64,000 nt of DNA, taken from Corallococcus coralloides. Lineage in GTDB: Bacteria > Myxococcota > Myxococcia > Myxococcales > Myxococcaceae. Position 1 is the stretch's first letter. The number at the start of each line of letters is the position of its first letter. The stretch lies in NCBI RefSeq assembly GCF_044792175.1, contig NZ_CP172866.1. The stretch is one strand, 5' to 3'. The notes under the pieces are model-generated. The model was not told the origin of the DNA. It made no database searches and worked only from the letters and a program-made list of their open reading frames with translations. Below are positions 37,367 to 47,154 of this stretch, in pieces. The position numbers were made by a program, and so were the translations under genes.

Positions 37367-40300
37367 TCAGTTCCCCCGGGCCGGGTTCTGACGGCGACGC
37401 GACGTGCCCCAGGCCGCCAGCGCGGCGAGGAGCGCCAGCGCGGACGAGCCGCCGCCGGTGCTGTCGCAGCCACCGCCAGCGATCTCCACGACCTGCGCCT
37501 GGACCCGGACCTGGAACGTGCACTGCGCGGTGTTGCCCGCCTCATCCGTGGCGGTGACGGTGACCTGCGTGGCCCCCGGCGCGAACGCGCTGCCCGACTC
37601 GGGCGAGGACGTCACGGTGGGATTCGCCGTCACCGCGTCCGTGGCCGTGGGCGTGAACGTCACCTGCGTGTCCGGCGCCACCGTGATGTCCGCGGGGCAG
37701 GTGAGGGTGGGCGCGGTGGTGTCCTGCACCGTCACCGTGAACGTACAGGTGAGGCCGGTGGAGGTCGCGGTGACCGTCGTGGTGCCAATGGGGAAGAGCG
37801 CGCCCGACGGCTGCGAGTAGCTCACCGGGAGGCCCGCCGGCTCCAGCACCGCGGGGTCGTAGGTCACGATCGCGCCGTCCGGATCCGTCGCCTCCACGAC
37901 GAGGTTCGCGGGGCAGGTGAGGGTGGGGGCCACGACGTCCTCCGTCACGTTGAGGGTGACGGTGGCGACGTTGCTGTCCGTGGCGCAGTCGCGGACGCGG
38001 TACGTGAAGCTGTCCGGGCCCACGTAGCCGGCGGCGGGCGTGTACTCGAGGTTCCCCTGCGCGCTGGTGCCCAGCGTGCCGTGCTGCGGCGGGGTGACGA
38101 TCGTCCAGGTCAACACCTGCCCGACGTCCGGATCCGTGCCTGCCAGGGCGAGCGCCGTCGGCGTGTCCTTCTGGATGGTGACCGTCTGGTCCGCCGCCGT
38201 CGGGGGCTGGTTGGCGACGACCGTCACCATGCGGCCGCCGGGGATGGCGTTGGCGAAGACGGAGAGCGCGTAGGTGCCCAGCGGCACGTCGGCGGGCACG
38301 GTCACCGTCGCGCGGGTGTCCGAGGTGTTGCTGCTGGGGAGCGTCCAGAGACGCCCGCCCTCGGCGGCCTGCAGGCGCACCAGCGGGAAGTCGGTGGGCG
38401 AGTCCGCGCTGTTGCCGCCGCTTCCGCCGGAGATGCCCCGGAACCGCTGGCCCTCCACGACGGTGGGGCAGGCGGCCACGAGGGTCGCCGGGTTCGTCAC
38501 CGTGGGCTTCCAGGCGGTCTGGGCCCGGGTGTCGTCATACACCTGCGCGTTGGTGGCCTCCTGACCGCCGGCCAGCAGGACCTCGCCCGAGGACAGGGCG
38601 ACGCTGAACAGGCCTCCCGCGGCAGTGGGGTCCGCGACGTTGATCCACGCGCGGAGGAGGGGGTCATAGACCTCCGCCGTGTTGGCGTAGTCGCCATTCG
38701 TGGTGATGCCGCCCGCGACCAGCACCTTGCCGGAGGTCATCAGCGTGGCGGTGTGCAGCCAGCGCGGCTGCGAGAGCGCGCCCACGGACGTCCAGGTGTT
38801 GGTGCCGGGCGTGTAGAGCTCCGAGGACGTGAGCTCCGTGCCGCCCGAGATGCCGCCCGCCGCGAGCACCTGGCCTGACGGCAGCAGCGTCAACGTCAGC
38901 TCGTCCCGGGCGCCCGCGAGGCCCGCCGCCGGGGTCCAGGTGTCGTTGGCGGGGTTGTAGAGCTCCGCCGAGGCCAGCGCCGTGCCACCGGCGTTGTGGC
39001 CGCCAGCGACGAGCACCCGGCCGTCATGCAGCAGCACGGCGCGGTGTCCGGCGCGCGCCGCGACGAGCGAGCCCGCCGCGGTCCACGTATTCGTGTCGGG
39101 CGCGTAGAGCTCCGCGCTGCCCAGCACCGTGGTGTTCTGCTGACCGCCGACCACGAGCACGCGGCCATCCGGCAGGAGCGTGGCGGTGTGCAGGTGGCGC
39201 GGGCTCAGCATGTTCTCGGTGGCCAGCCACGTGTTGGTGGTGGGGTCGAAGCGCTGCGCGTTGGGCGTCGAGGTGTTCACGTTGCGGCCACCCGCGACCA
39301 GGACCTGTCCCGAGTGCAGGAGGGTGGCGGTGCCCCGCTCGCGCGGCACGTCGAGGTCGGGCAGGGCGGTCCACGCGTTGCTCGCGCGGTCATACAGCTC
39401 CGCCGCGGGTGACGACGTGAAGAGGCCGCGTCCTCCCACGACGAGCACCTGGCCGGAGGGCAGCAGCGCCGCCGCGGAGTCGGTCCGGGGCGTGCCCATG
39501 GTGCCAGCGGGAGACCAGCGGCTCAGGGCGGGGTCGTAGACCTCCGTCTGCGCGAAGAACGTCGTCCCGGGGGTCGTGGAGAATCCGCCCGCGATGAACA
39601 CCTTGCCCGAGGGCAGCAGCGTCGCGGTGTGGTTCTCGCGGCCGACGCTCATGGTGCCGCCGGAGGTCCACGTGCCGGTGGCAGGGTCGTAGATCTCGGC
39701 CGAGGTCAGCGCCGGCGACCCGAAGACAGAGCCGCCGGTGACGAGTACCCGGCCGTCAGGCAGCAGCGTGGCCATGTGGCCGGCGCGCGCGGACGCGAGG
39801 CTGCCGGTCGCGGTCCAGGTGTTGGCCGCCGGATCGTAGAGCTCCGACTGGGACGTGGCGCCGCCCGCGGCGAAGCCACCCGCGACGAGCACGCGGCCGT
39901 CGGGGAGCAGGGTGCTGGTGAAGTAGTGCCGGGCCACCAGCGGGGGCGCCGCGGCGGACCAGGTGCCGGTGGCCGGATTGTAGAGGTCGGCGCCGGACAC
40001 CTCTCCGCTGCCGCTGAAGCCGCTCACCACGAGCACGCGCCCATCGCGCAGCCGCGTGGCGCTGTGCGCGTTCCGGCCCACGGACATGGAGCCCGTGGCG
40101 GTGAAGGCGTTGGTCGCGGGGTCGTAGAGCTCCGCGGTCGCGAGCCGGACGCCGCCGCCGCCGGTGCCGCCCGCGATCAGGACCTGTCCCGTGGCCAGCA
40201 GCGTGGCCGTGGGGAGGCTGCGGGTCGAGGCCATGTTGCCCGTGCCGGACCAGGTGTTGGCCACGGGATCATAGATGCGTCCCCCCTGCGAGCCGTCGGT

Positions 40301-40666
40301 CAGCACCAGCACCTTGCCCGAGGGAAGGAGCACGGCCAGGGTGATGTTGCCCGTGAGGCTGGAGGTCCCCGCGGAGGCCCAGGTGTTGGTGGCGGGATCG
40401 TAGGTGTCCGCCGCGCTCACGAAGCCGGTCGTGTTGACGCCGTTGACGACGAGCAGCTTCCCGTTGGGTAGCAGGACGGCCGCGTGTTGCCCGCGTGGCG
40501 TCCCCATGGGAGCGGTGGCGTACCAGGCCGGCGGCGCCGCGAGACGGGCGTGCGTGGCGCGGATGCCCTCGGATGCCGCCGGGCGCTCGTTCCCGCCGCA
40601 GGACAGAAGGCCCAGGCTCGCGGCGAACAACAGGAGCCTGCTCCAGACAGCGCGTTGTGACCGCAT
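37367..40666 (-). CDS. Kelch-repeat lipoprotein with C-terminal beta-sandwich (HYR/cadherin-like) domains and MYXO-CTERM-like sorting tail
   Basis: The protein has the lipobox LLSCGG and more than 12 Kelch motifs (…LLPDGRVLV.GG…). Its C-terminus reads GGGCDSTGGGSSALALLAALAAWGTSRRRQ, which resembles a MYXO-CTERM. The gene is 4 nt upstream of the OmpA-TSP3 gene. Confidence 0.8.
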   Translation of the reverse strand: MRSQRAVWSRLLLFAASLGLLSCGGNERPAASEGIRATHARLAAPPAWYATAPMGTPRGQHAAVLLPNGKLLVVNGVNTTGFVSAADTYDPATNTWASAGTSSLTGNITLAVLLPSGKVLVLTDGSQGGRIYDPVANTWSGTGNMASTRSLPTATLLATGQVLIAGGTGGGGVRLATAELYDPATNAFTATGSMSVGRNAHSATRLRDGRVLVVSGFSGSGEVSGADLYNPATGTWSAAAPPLVARHYFTSTLLPDGRVLVAGGFAAGGATSQSELYDPAANTWTATGSLASARAGHMATLLPDGRVLVTGGSVFGSPALTSAEIYDPATGTWTSGGTMSVGRENHTATLLPSGKVFIAGGFSTTPGTTFFAQTEVYDPALSRWSPAGTMGTPRTDSAAALLPSGQVLVVGGRGLFTSSPAAELYDRASNAWTALPDLDVPRERGTATLLHSGQVLVAGGRNVNTSTPNAQRFDPTTNTWLATENMLSPRHLHTATLLPDGRVLVVGGQQNTTVLGSAELYAPDTNTWTAAGSLVAARAGHRAVLLHDGRVLVAGGHNAGGTALASAELYNPANDTWTPAAGLAGARDELTLTLLPSGQVLAAGGISGGTELTSSELYTPGTNTWTSVGALSQPRWLHTATLMTSGKVLVAGGITTNGDYANTAEVYDPLLRAWINVADPTAAGGLFSVALSSGEVLLAGGQEATNAQVYDDTRAQTAWKPTVTNPATLVAACPTVVEGQRFRGISGGSGGNSADSPTDFPLVRLQAAEGGRLWTLPSSNTSDTRATVTVPADVPLGTYALSVFANAIPGGRMVTVVANQPPTAADQTVTIQKDTPTALALAGTDPDVGQVLTWTIVTPPQHGTLGTSAQGNLEYTPAAGYVGPDSFTYRVRDCATDSNVATVTLNVTEDVVAPTLTCPANLVVEATDPDGAIVTYDPAVLEPAGLPVSYSQPSGALFPIGTTTVTATSTGLTCTFTVTVQDTTAPTLTCPADITVAPDTQVTFTPTATDAVTANPTVTSSPESGSAFAPGATQVTVTATDEAGNTAQCTFQVRVQAQVVEIAGGGCDSTGGGSSALALLAALAAWGTSRRRQNPARGN

Positions 40667-40795
40667 CGATGAAACCCCGATCCGCGAGGGCTGGCGCGAC
40701 CACGACCGTCGGCCCGCCGCTCGACGTGAACACTCCGGGTTGCGGATTATCAGTGCGCCGGGTGCTGGGGCAATGCGTTAAAGAATCCGGTGTGG

Positions 40796-41851
40796 TTACC
40801 CATCACGTGGGTCGTAGACCTTCTCGGGAGGGGCCTCCAGGAAGCGGCGCCACCAGAGACGGGCCTCGTCCTGGGTGTACCCCTCGAAATTGTTGAAGGG
40901 AGTGGAAGGCAGGAGCCACGGTTCCAGGAACCGCGCCAGCTCCCGATAGGCCGGCAGCGTCTCACCCCACTTCGTGTTCCCCGCGAGCGGCGCGGGGCCC
41001 AGGCCGATCAGGGCACGACCTCCACTGAGTTCCTGGACGGAGGTCTCCGGGTGGCTCAGGTGCGAGCGGAGCGCCTGGGCGCCGCCAATGGTTTCGAGGA
41101 GGGGAGGGCCCAGGAAGTTCAACCAGTGGATGCCATCCACCCCTTCTCCCATGCCCCACGTGCTCTCTCGTGGGACATCCCAGCCGGGATGCTGGACCAG
41201 TCGGTCCTTCAGGAGGGGAAGGAGCCTCGATCTCCCACGGGTGAACGAAAGCGACAGTCCCGCATGGCCCGTGCTGAAGGGAAGGAGCTCCGCCAGCGAA
41301 AGCGCCAGCTCACGTGCCTTCTCGGGCCCCTGGTCCTCCAGATATCGCATGGGGACCTTCACACTCAGAACGCTGTACTCAGAAGAAGGTTTTCGCCAGG
41401 GAAGACGAGAGCGGAAGCTGAATTCATAGCCACTGGGGTCCGACTCTCCACCGACGAGATGGACCCACGTGTCAAAGCCCCGCTTGGTCAGCGTGCGGAA
41501 CCAGATGGAGTCCTGGTCCATGTCATCCAAGGGCTCGAAGCGAGACCTCTCGACATGGCGCCGCAGCTCCTCCCAGAACTCAGGTGTGAGCGGAAACGCC
41601 GCCTCACTGATGTCGGGGTCATAGCCCGTGGTCAATTTTTCAGGCGCATCTCCAATGGCGTTGAGAAACAGGTCCAGTGACTGTCTCGCATATGGAGCAA
41701 GTGAGCCGTGGTCATGCGGCAGATAGAACACGATGCGCAGGACAAGCTGGACCCTGGGAAGTGTCGTGGCGAAGTGCTCGGAGGGAGTGTAGCTAGTCAC
41801 GAATGATCCCGAACTGGGGTGTGATGATGGCGGGGTTGCACTGCCCATCAA
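40796..41851 (-). CDS. Hypothetical cytoplasmic protein, candidate immunity/partner of the upstream nuclease-like lipoprotein
   Basis: The ORF has a non-shadow composition and overlaps the end of the upstream lipoprotein gene by 59 nt, so the true start may be internal. I recognise no domain. Confidence 0.45.
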   Translation of the reverse strand: MMGSATPPSSHPSSGSFVTSYTPSEHFATTLPRVQLVLRIVFYLPHDHGSLAPYARQSLDLFLNAIGDAPEKLTTGYDPDISEAAFPLTPEFWEELRRHVERSRFEPLDDMDQDSIWFRTLTKRGFDTWVHLVGGESDPSGYEFSFRSRLPWRKPSSEYSVLSVKVPMRYLEDQGPEKARELALSLAELLPFSTGHAGLSLSFTRGRSRLLPLLKDRLVQHPGWDVPRESTWGMGEGVDGIHWLNFLGPPLLETIGGAQALRSHLSHPETSVQELSGGRALIGLGPAPLAGNTKWGETLPAYRELARFLEPWLLPSTPFNNFEGYTQDEARLWWRRFLEAPPEKVYDPRDG

Positions 41852-42518
41852 GGTTTGCGTACCGGGTCATCTGCGCCTGTGTTTCTGGAACCGAGCGTGG
41901 ATTGCTCTTTCGTGCCTTGAGGCACGGAAACTTGAAGTCGTAGATGCACTGGGCCTGATCCGGTCGGCCTGAGGCGTGAAGGACGATGTCAGGCTTCAGG
42001 ATGTCCTGGTTCCCCGCCTTGCCCGTGCGAATCACATAGCTCGGCTCGATCGAAACGTTGTTGGGGAAGAGCCGGAGGATTTCGCGCCGCACGCATGCGA
42101 AGGCAACGTCATGCTTCATCGTCCCAAGCTCGGCCTGTCGTCGGATGGGATCGCCGTTCTTGTCGTAACCCACCACACGCATGCACTCCGCGTCATCCGG
42201 GGACTTCCCCTCACCGTACTCACGCTCATTGACGAGGTGGTTCGCCTCCTTCGCGCACTCCACCAACAGGTGCTCGATGCGGGCCACGTCCGCGGCTTCC
42301 AGGAGCTTCATCGTGGCTCCCGCCGAGGCCGCGGCCCTCGCGGCCTTGTCCACCCAGGGCAGGAACGCCTCGTCCCCCGGCTGCGTGTAGCAGGCGGGAT
42401 TGCGCAGGCATCCACTGGTCGCGGAGTCCGTGGTCTGCGCGTACTGCCTCGGCCCCGAAGCGCACGACAGACACAGCAGGGCCACCAGTCCACACAGCAG
42501 GCGACCCTCAGTCATCAT
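41793..42518 (-). CDS. Lipoprotein with C-terminal PD-(D/E)xK nuclease-like signature (candidate polymorphic toxin)
   Basis: I chose the internal start MMTEGRLLCGLVALLCLSCASG (lipobox LSC). The C-terminal region has E (VRREILRL), PD (KPDIVLH) and D-x-K (IYDFKFP) in canonical restriction-endonuclease-fold order. Confidence 0.5.
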   Translation of the reverse strand: MMTEGRLLCGLVALLCLSCASGPRQYAQTTDSATSGCLRNPACYTQPGDEAFLPWVDKAARAAASAGATMKLLEAADVARIEHLLVECAKEANHLVNEREYGEGKSPDDAECMRVVGYDKNGDPIRRQAELGTMKHDVAFACVRREILRLFPNNVSIEPSYVIRTGKAGNQDILKPDIVLHASGRPDQAQCIYDFKFPCLKARKSNPRSVPETQAQMTRYANLDGQCNPAIITPQFGIIRD

Positions 42519-43491
42519 CTTCACCCGCGTCGTGCGCCGCCGCGTTGAAGAGGCCAAAGCCCCCGGCCTCCTCGCTGGAGATGTCCGCCCGGCGCAGAGC
42601 AGGGGAGTCCCGCGTCTGTCCCACCGCCATCCACCGGGGCGCCGCCAGCAGCACGCCGTCCCTCGGCAGCTCCGGCAGCAGGTGCTCCAGGTCACCAAGG
42701 ATGAACTCCGCGTGCCCCACGCCCTCGGGCTCCGGCAGCCCCACCGGCGGATGCCACGCGCCTCCGTCCAGGTGCCCGAAGGGGAAGCTCCCCGTGCCGC
42801 TCGCCCCTCCGTACCCGCCCTCCAGCAGCCGCCTTGTCCGCTCCACCCCTCCCGTCACCGCCGGCAGGCACACGCGCGTCAGCCAGTCCCAGGTCGCCGC
42901 GCCCTCCTCCACGGGCCAGTCCAGCTCCACCGTGTCGTCCGCCTTCGCCAGCAGCGCGTCGATGTACGCACACGCCGCCCGCGGCCCCAGCACGCCGCCC
43001 CGGCGCGCCTCCTCCACCGCCGCGGGCCACAGCTCCTCGCGGTAGTAGTGCGCGAAGTAGAAGCCCGGCTCGTCCCACTCCGGACGCGCGCCCCGCGGCA
43101 GCTTCGCCAGCACCAGCCCGCTCGACAGGTACGCGGGCCCCGTGGCCCAGGGATGGAACTGGCTGAAGGCCAGCCGGAACACCCGCACCGCCAGCCCCGC
43201 CTCCTCCGTCGCCTCCAACCCCTCCGGACACCCCGCGCGCAGGTGGAAGTCGTCGAAGCGCAGGAACACGTCCACCCCCATGCCCACCGCGCTCTGACAC
43301 AGCGACTCCAGGCACTCCGCCAGCGGATGCCCCGCATGCACGGGGGCCTCCCACGCCGCCGCCCGCACCGTGCGCGTCTCTGCCTCCACCCGCAGCGACA
43401 GCCGCACCCGGCCGCCCCCGAACGCAGCCTCCCCGTGCCGGACGTCCTCCCCGTGAAGCACGCCCCGATGTTCCTGCCCTGGAGTCGTCAT
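42508..43491 (-). CDS. Hypothetical protein
   Basis: This is the minus-strand ORF with balanced composition, starting at MTTPGQEH. The plus-strand ORF 42400.. over the same DNA is R/P/Q-rich and is a shadow. It overlaps the downstream lipoprotein gene by 11 nt. Confidence 0.5.
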   Translation of the reverse strand: MTTPGQEHRGVLHGEDVRHGEAAFGGGRVRLSLRVEAETRTVRAAAWEAPVHAGHPLAECLESLCQSAVGMGVDVFLRFDDFHLRAGCPEGLEATEEAGLAVRVFRLAFSQFHPWATGPAYLSSGLVLAKLPRGARPEWDEPGFYFAHYYREELWPAAVEEARRGGVLGPRAACAYIDALLAKADDTVELDWPVEEGAATWDWLTRVCLPAVTGGVERTRRLLEGGYGGASGTGSFPFGHLDGGAWHPPVGLPEPEGVGHAEFILGDLEHLLPELPRDGVLLAAPRWMAVGQTRDSPALRRADISSEEAGGFGLFNAAAHDAGEDDD

Positions 43492-43539
43492 GCTAGGCAC
43501 CCATCCTTTCCCACACGTCCCCTCCAGGCCAGGAGCCCC

Positions 43540-44391
43540 ATGTCCGAGCCCTCCCATCCGCGCGACGGCGACTTCGAGCTCGTCACCCTGCGCAACGGCC
43601 ACCGCGCCGTGCGCCACCTGGGCCATGGCGAGGTCATGCACCCCGCGGTGGGCCCGTGGCAGGAGGCCCTGCGCCTCTACGTCGACCAGCCCGGCCTCGC
43701 GGACCGCCTGCGAAAGCCCGGCCCGCCGCTTGTCATCCACGACGTGGGCCTGGGCGCCGCCACCAACGCCGTCGCCGCGCTCACCCGCGCCCGGGAGCTG
43801 GGCCCCGACCGCGCCCGCGACCTGCACATCGTCAGCTTCGAGGTGGACCTGGCCCCCCTGCGGCTCGCGCTCGCGGACGCGGAGGGCTTCCCCTTCCTCC
43901 AGCCGTTCCGCGAGGCCGCCGAGCGCCTCATGAAGCACGGCGCCTGGTCCGAGCCCGGCCTCCAGTGGACCCTCAAGCTGGGGGACGCCGTGCCCTTCCT
44001 GGAGCCGGACGCGCAGCTCCCCCCCGCGGACCTCGTCTTCTTCGACCCGTTCTCACCCGCGTCCAACCCGGACATGTGGACCGAGGCCGTGCTCGCCCGG
44101 GTGCGCCGGCATTGCCGGGAAGACGGGGAGGGCGCCCTGCTGATGACCTACAGCGCGGCCACGCCCACCCGCGTCACGCTGCTGCTCGCGGGGTTCTACG
44201 TGGGCGCCGGCGCTTCCACCGGCACCAAGGGGGAGACCACCGTGGCCTCGACCCGCTACGAGACACTGACCGCCCCGCTGGGGACCCGGTGGCTGGAGCG
44301 CTGGGAGCGCTCGTCCTCCCGGGCCCCGCACGGCGGCACCCTCACGCCTGAGGTCGAGCGTCGCCTCCGGACCCATCCTCAGTGGCGCTGA
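43540..44391 (+). CDS. mnmD: tRNA 5-methylaminomethyl-2-thiouridine methyltransferase, MnmD (MnmC N-domain/DUF752) homolog
   Basis: The ATG is at 43540 within ORF 42400..44391. The protein has LVIHDVGLGAATNAV and FFDPFSPASNPDMWTEAVL, both MnmC methyltransferase-domain signatures. Confidence 0.7.
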   Translation: MSEPSHPRDGDFELVTLRNGHRAVRHLGHGEVMHPAVGPWQEALRLYVDQPGLADRLRKPGPPLVIHDVGLGAATNAVAALTRARELGPDRARDLHIVSFEVDLAPLRLALADAEGFPFLQPFREAAERLMKHGAWSEPGLQWTLKLGDAVPFLEPDAQLPPADLVFFDPFSPASNPDMWTEAVLARVRRHCREDGEGALLMTYSAATPTRVTLLLAGFYVGAGASTGTKGETTVASTRYETLTAPLGTRWLERWERSSSRAPHGGTLTPEVERRLRTHPQWR

Positions 44392-44959
44392 GCGCCCCTT
44401 CCACGGGGGCCTCGCTCCAGCGCAGATGGAACGTGGCCGCCGTGCCGTCGAACTCCTCCGGCAGCGCCACCACCCGCCAACCCCCGCACAGCGCCACCGC
44501 GCGCGCCAGCAGACCCGCCGCGAACGTCGGCTGGTCCGCCAGCACGTCGTTCATCCAGAGCTCCAGCGATGTCGCGCCGCGCTCCACGATTTTGACTTCA
44601 CTGAAGTTGTTGCCGGCGCGAAAGCCCAGGTCCGCCCGCAGCAGCATCCTCCGGGGACCGGCCAGCCGGCCCACGCCCAGCAGCGCGCGGCCAAAGAACG
44701 TCCCGAAGTAGGCGTCCATGAAGCGCTCGCCCAGGGAATAGTACGCGGCCTCCGCCGGCACGCCGCCATAGACGTGGCCCGCCGCGATGCGCAGGAACTC
44801 CCGCCACTGCTCCAGCGAATAGGTGCGCTCCAGCTTCTTGTCGAGGTCCAGCCCAGCCCGCTTGAGGTGCTCTCGGCACGCGGGCGTCAGACGATTCTCC
44901 AACGCGCGGACGAAGAGCGCCTCGACGGTCTGGGCGAAGACAAGCTTCTCAGGATTCAT
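44342..44959 (-). CDS. TIGR02265/DUF2378 family protein (myxobacterial paralogous family)
   Basis: The protein starts MNPEKLVFAQTVEALFVRALENRLTPACREHLKRAGLDLD...LEQWREFLRIAAGHVY...FMDAY, which matches my memory of the TIGR02265 consensus. Confidence 0.6.
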   Translation of the reverse strand: MNPEKLVFAQTVEALFVRALENRLTPACREHLKRAGLDLDKKLERTYSLEQWREFLRIAAGHVYGGVPAEAAYYSLGERFMDAYFGTFFGRALLGVGRLAGPRRMLLRADLGFRAGNNFSEVKIVERGATSLELWMNDVLADQPTFAAGLLARAVALCGGWRVVALPEEFDGTAATFHLRWSEAPVEGALSATEDGSGGDARPQA

Positions 44960-45038
44960 GCGGAGCACCCTACACGAAGCCCCCCATGCGATGCTCCCCC
45001 ACCTGTGTACTGACGTTCAGTGCCGTGCCCCCCGAGTG

Positions 45039-46040
45039 TCAGGAAGCTGGCGCGCGCCGCACCCTTCGTGAACTCCGGGTGTTTTCAGACCCTGTGCTGA
45101 CGGACCGCGCCACGAGTCCGCGCAGCCACTGGTGCGCGGGGTCGCCGTCGAAGCGCTCGTGCCAGACCTGGAGGATGTCGAAGGAGCGCAGGGGGATGGG
45201 CGGGGGGAACACCTGGAGCCCGTACGCGTCCTTGAACGCGGCGATGAGGCGGCGGGGCGCGGTGAGGACGTGGTCCGAGCGCGACACCGCCAGCGGCGCG
45301 ATGAGGAAGTAGGGCACGCGCACGGCGATGCGGCGCGGGGGCAGGCCGAGCTGGGCCAGGGCCAGGTCCACCGCGCCCACGCCGTCGCCCTTCGGGCTGA
45401 TGAGGATGTGGGACAGCTCCAGGTAGGTGTCCACGTCCAGCGTGCGGCGCACGGTGGGGTGGTCCTTGCGCACCACGCAGACGAAGTCCTCGGTGAGCAG
45501 CCGCTGCTGGCGCAGGCCCGGCCCGGACGGCGCCGGCGCGACGATGATGGCCAGGTCCACCTCGCCCGTCTCCAGGTGGCTGGGGAAGGTGTGGCTGTCC
45601 ACGTGCAGCACGGACAGGTCCACGCCGGGGGCCTCGCGGCCCAGGAGCTCCAGCGCGCCCGGCAGGAGCACCGACCCGAAGAAGTCGCGCGTCGCCACCG
45701 TGAAGCGGCGCTTCGCGGTGGCGGGCGCGAACGCGGGCTCGTCGCACAGGGCCCGCCGCAGCTCCGCCAGCCCCCGCTTGAGCGGCGCGGCCAGGGCCTG
45801 CGCGCGCGGCGTCAGCACCATGCCGCCCCGGCCGCGGATGAGGAGCGCGTCGCCCAACAGCTCCCGCAACTGGGCGAGCGCGTGGCTCATCGCGGACTGG
45901 GTGAGGCCCACGCGCGCGGCGGCGCGGGTGACGTGCACCTCGTGCAGCAGCGCGTCCAGCGCCACCATCAGGTTGAGGTTGATGCCGGAGAGGTCCACCT
46001 CGGCGGGGGAGGGCGCTGGGGTTTCATGAGCGCGGCGCAT
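45039..46040 (-). CDS. LysR-family transcriptional regulator
   Basis: I chose the internal start MRRAHETP. The HTH region reads INLNLMVALDALLHEVHVTRAAARVGLTQSAMSHALAQLRELLGD, and a LysR substrate-binding domain follows. Confidence 0.85.
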   Translation of the reverse strand: MRRAHETPAPSPAEVDLSGINLNLMVALDALLHEVHVTRAAARVGLTQSAMSHALAQLRELLGDALLIRGRGGMVLTPRAQALAAPLKRGLAELRRALCDEPAFAPATAKRRFTVATRDFFGSVLLPGALELLGREAPGVDLSVLHVDSHTFPSHLETGEVDLAIIVAPAPSGPGLRQQRLLTEDFVCVVRKDHPTVRRTLDVDTYLELSHILISPKGDGVGAVDLALAQLGLPPRRIAVRVPYFLIAPLAVSRSDHVLTAPRRLIAAFKDAYGLQVFPPPIPLRSFDILQVWHERFDGDPAHQWLRGLVARSVSTGSENTRSSRRVRRAPAS

Positions 46041-46121
46041 GGAGGCATGCATAGCATGCAGTGGCCTCATGCAGGGCGCGGGGGCACTGTTCGGCCATCT
46101 CGCGGTCGCTGGAGGCACCCC

Positions 46122-47015
46122 ATGTCCATCGTCATCAACACCCCGAACGGCAACATCGGTCGTCCCCTCGTGGAGAAGCTCTTGAAGGCGGGCCGCAAGG
46201 TCACCGTCATCTCGCGCACGCCGGAGAAGGTGGCGGACCTGGTGAAGCTGGGCGCGAAGGTGGTGCAGGGCTCCATCGAGGAGCAGGCCACGCTGGACGC
46301 GGCGCTCGCGGGCGCGGAGGCGCTGTTCTGGCTGTCTCCGCCCGCCATCCGCCCGGACTTCCACGACTGGGCGAAGGCCAACGGCCAGCGGGCCGCGGAG
46401 CGCGTGAAGGCGCACGGCGTGAAGCGCGTGGTGATGCTCTCCAGCGTCGGCGCGCAGAGCGGGGCGGGCACCGGGCCGGTGTCCGCGCTGAAGTCCATCG
46501 AAGAGGCCTTCCAGGCGGCGGCGCCGGACGTCGTCAGCCTGCGCGCGGGCTTCTTCATGGAGAACCTGCTGCGCGACGTGCCGGGTCTGGCGAAGGCGGG
46601 CGCGCTCTACAGCTCGAACCCGGAGACCCAGCCCTTCCCCATGGTCGCCACCGCGGACATCGCGGCCAAGGCCGCCGAGTTCCTGTTGGACCCTTCATGG
46701 ACGGGCCACCGCTACGTGGGCGTGCACGGGCCCAAGGACCTCACCTATCCGGAGGTCGCCAGCATCCTCACCCAGGTGCTGGGCCAGCCCGTGAAGTACG
46801 TGCGGGTGGGGCTGGACGACCTGCGCAAGGGGATGCTGGGCGCGGGCATGCCCGCCTTCGCGGCGGACACCTTCGTGGAGATGTACGGCGCCATCCAGGA
46901 CGGGCGCATGGCTTCGGCGGAGCCGCGCTCGAAGGAGACCACCACGCCCACCACGCTGGCGGAGTTCGCCAGCACCGTGCTCAAGCCGGCGGTGGAGCGG
47001 GCGCGCGCGTCCTGA
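46122..47015 (+). CDS. NmrA-family NAD(P)-binding protein
   Basis: The protein starts [32 protein letters not shown], a Rossmann GxxGxxG-like motif. It is divergent from the LysR gene. Confidence 0.8.
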   Translation: MSIVINTPNGNIGRPLVEKLLKAGRKVTVISRTPEKVADLVKLGAKVVQGSIEEQATLDAALAGAEALFWLSPPAIRPDFHDWAKANGQRAAERVKAHGVKRVVMLSSVGAQSGAGTGPVSALKSIEEAFQAAAPDVVSLRAGFFMENLLRDVPGLAKAGALYSSNPETQPFPMVATADIAAKAAEFLLDPSWTGHRYVGVHGPKDLTYPEVASILTQVLGQPVKYVRVGLDDLRKGMLGAGMPAFAADTFVEMYGAIQDGRMASAEPRSKETTTPTTLAEFASTVLKPAVERARAS

Positions 47016-47154
47016 CAGCGCCCGCCTGTTCGCTCGTATCAGCAACAGGAGGGGGAGACGTGCGCTGCCCCGCCCCCTCCCTGACAACTGGTGCACGATG
47101 GGGGCCCGCCGGAGATTGCTCCGGTACGGTCACCCCACCGAAGACGAGCGCACC

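Noticed and set aside
35519-38878. 1119-aa plus-strand ORF
   Set aside because: It is antisense to the OmpA-TSP3 and Kelch genes. It is extremely R/G/A/V-rich with no motifs.
42400-43539. 5' 380 codons of plus-strand ORF 42400..44391 and ORF 42692..43354(-)
   Set aside because: They are R/P/Q/H-rich shadows. MnmD homology begins only at ATG 43540. The real gene in this stretch is on the minus strand (42508..43491).
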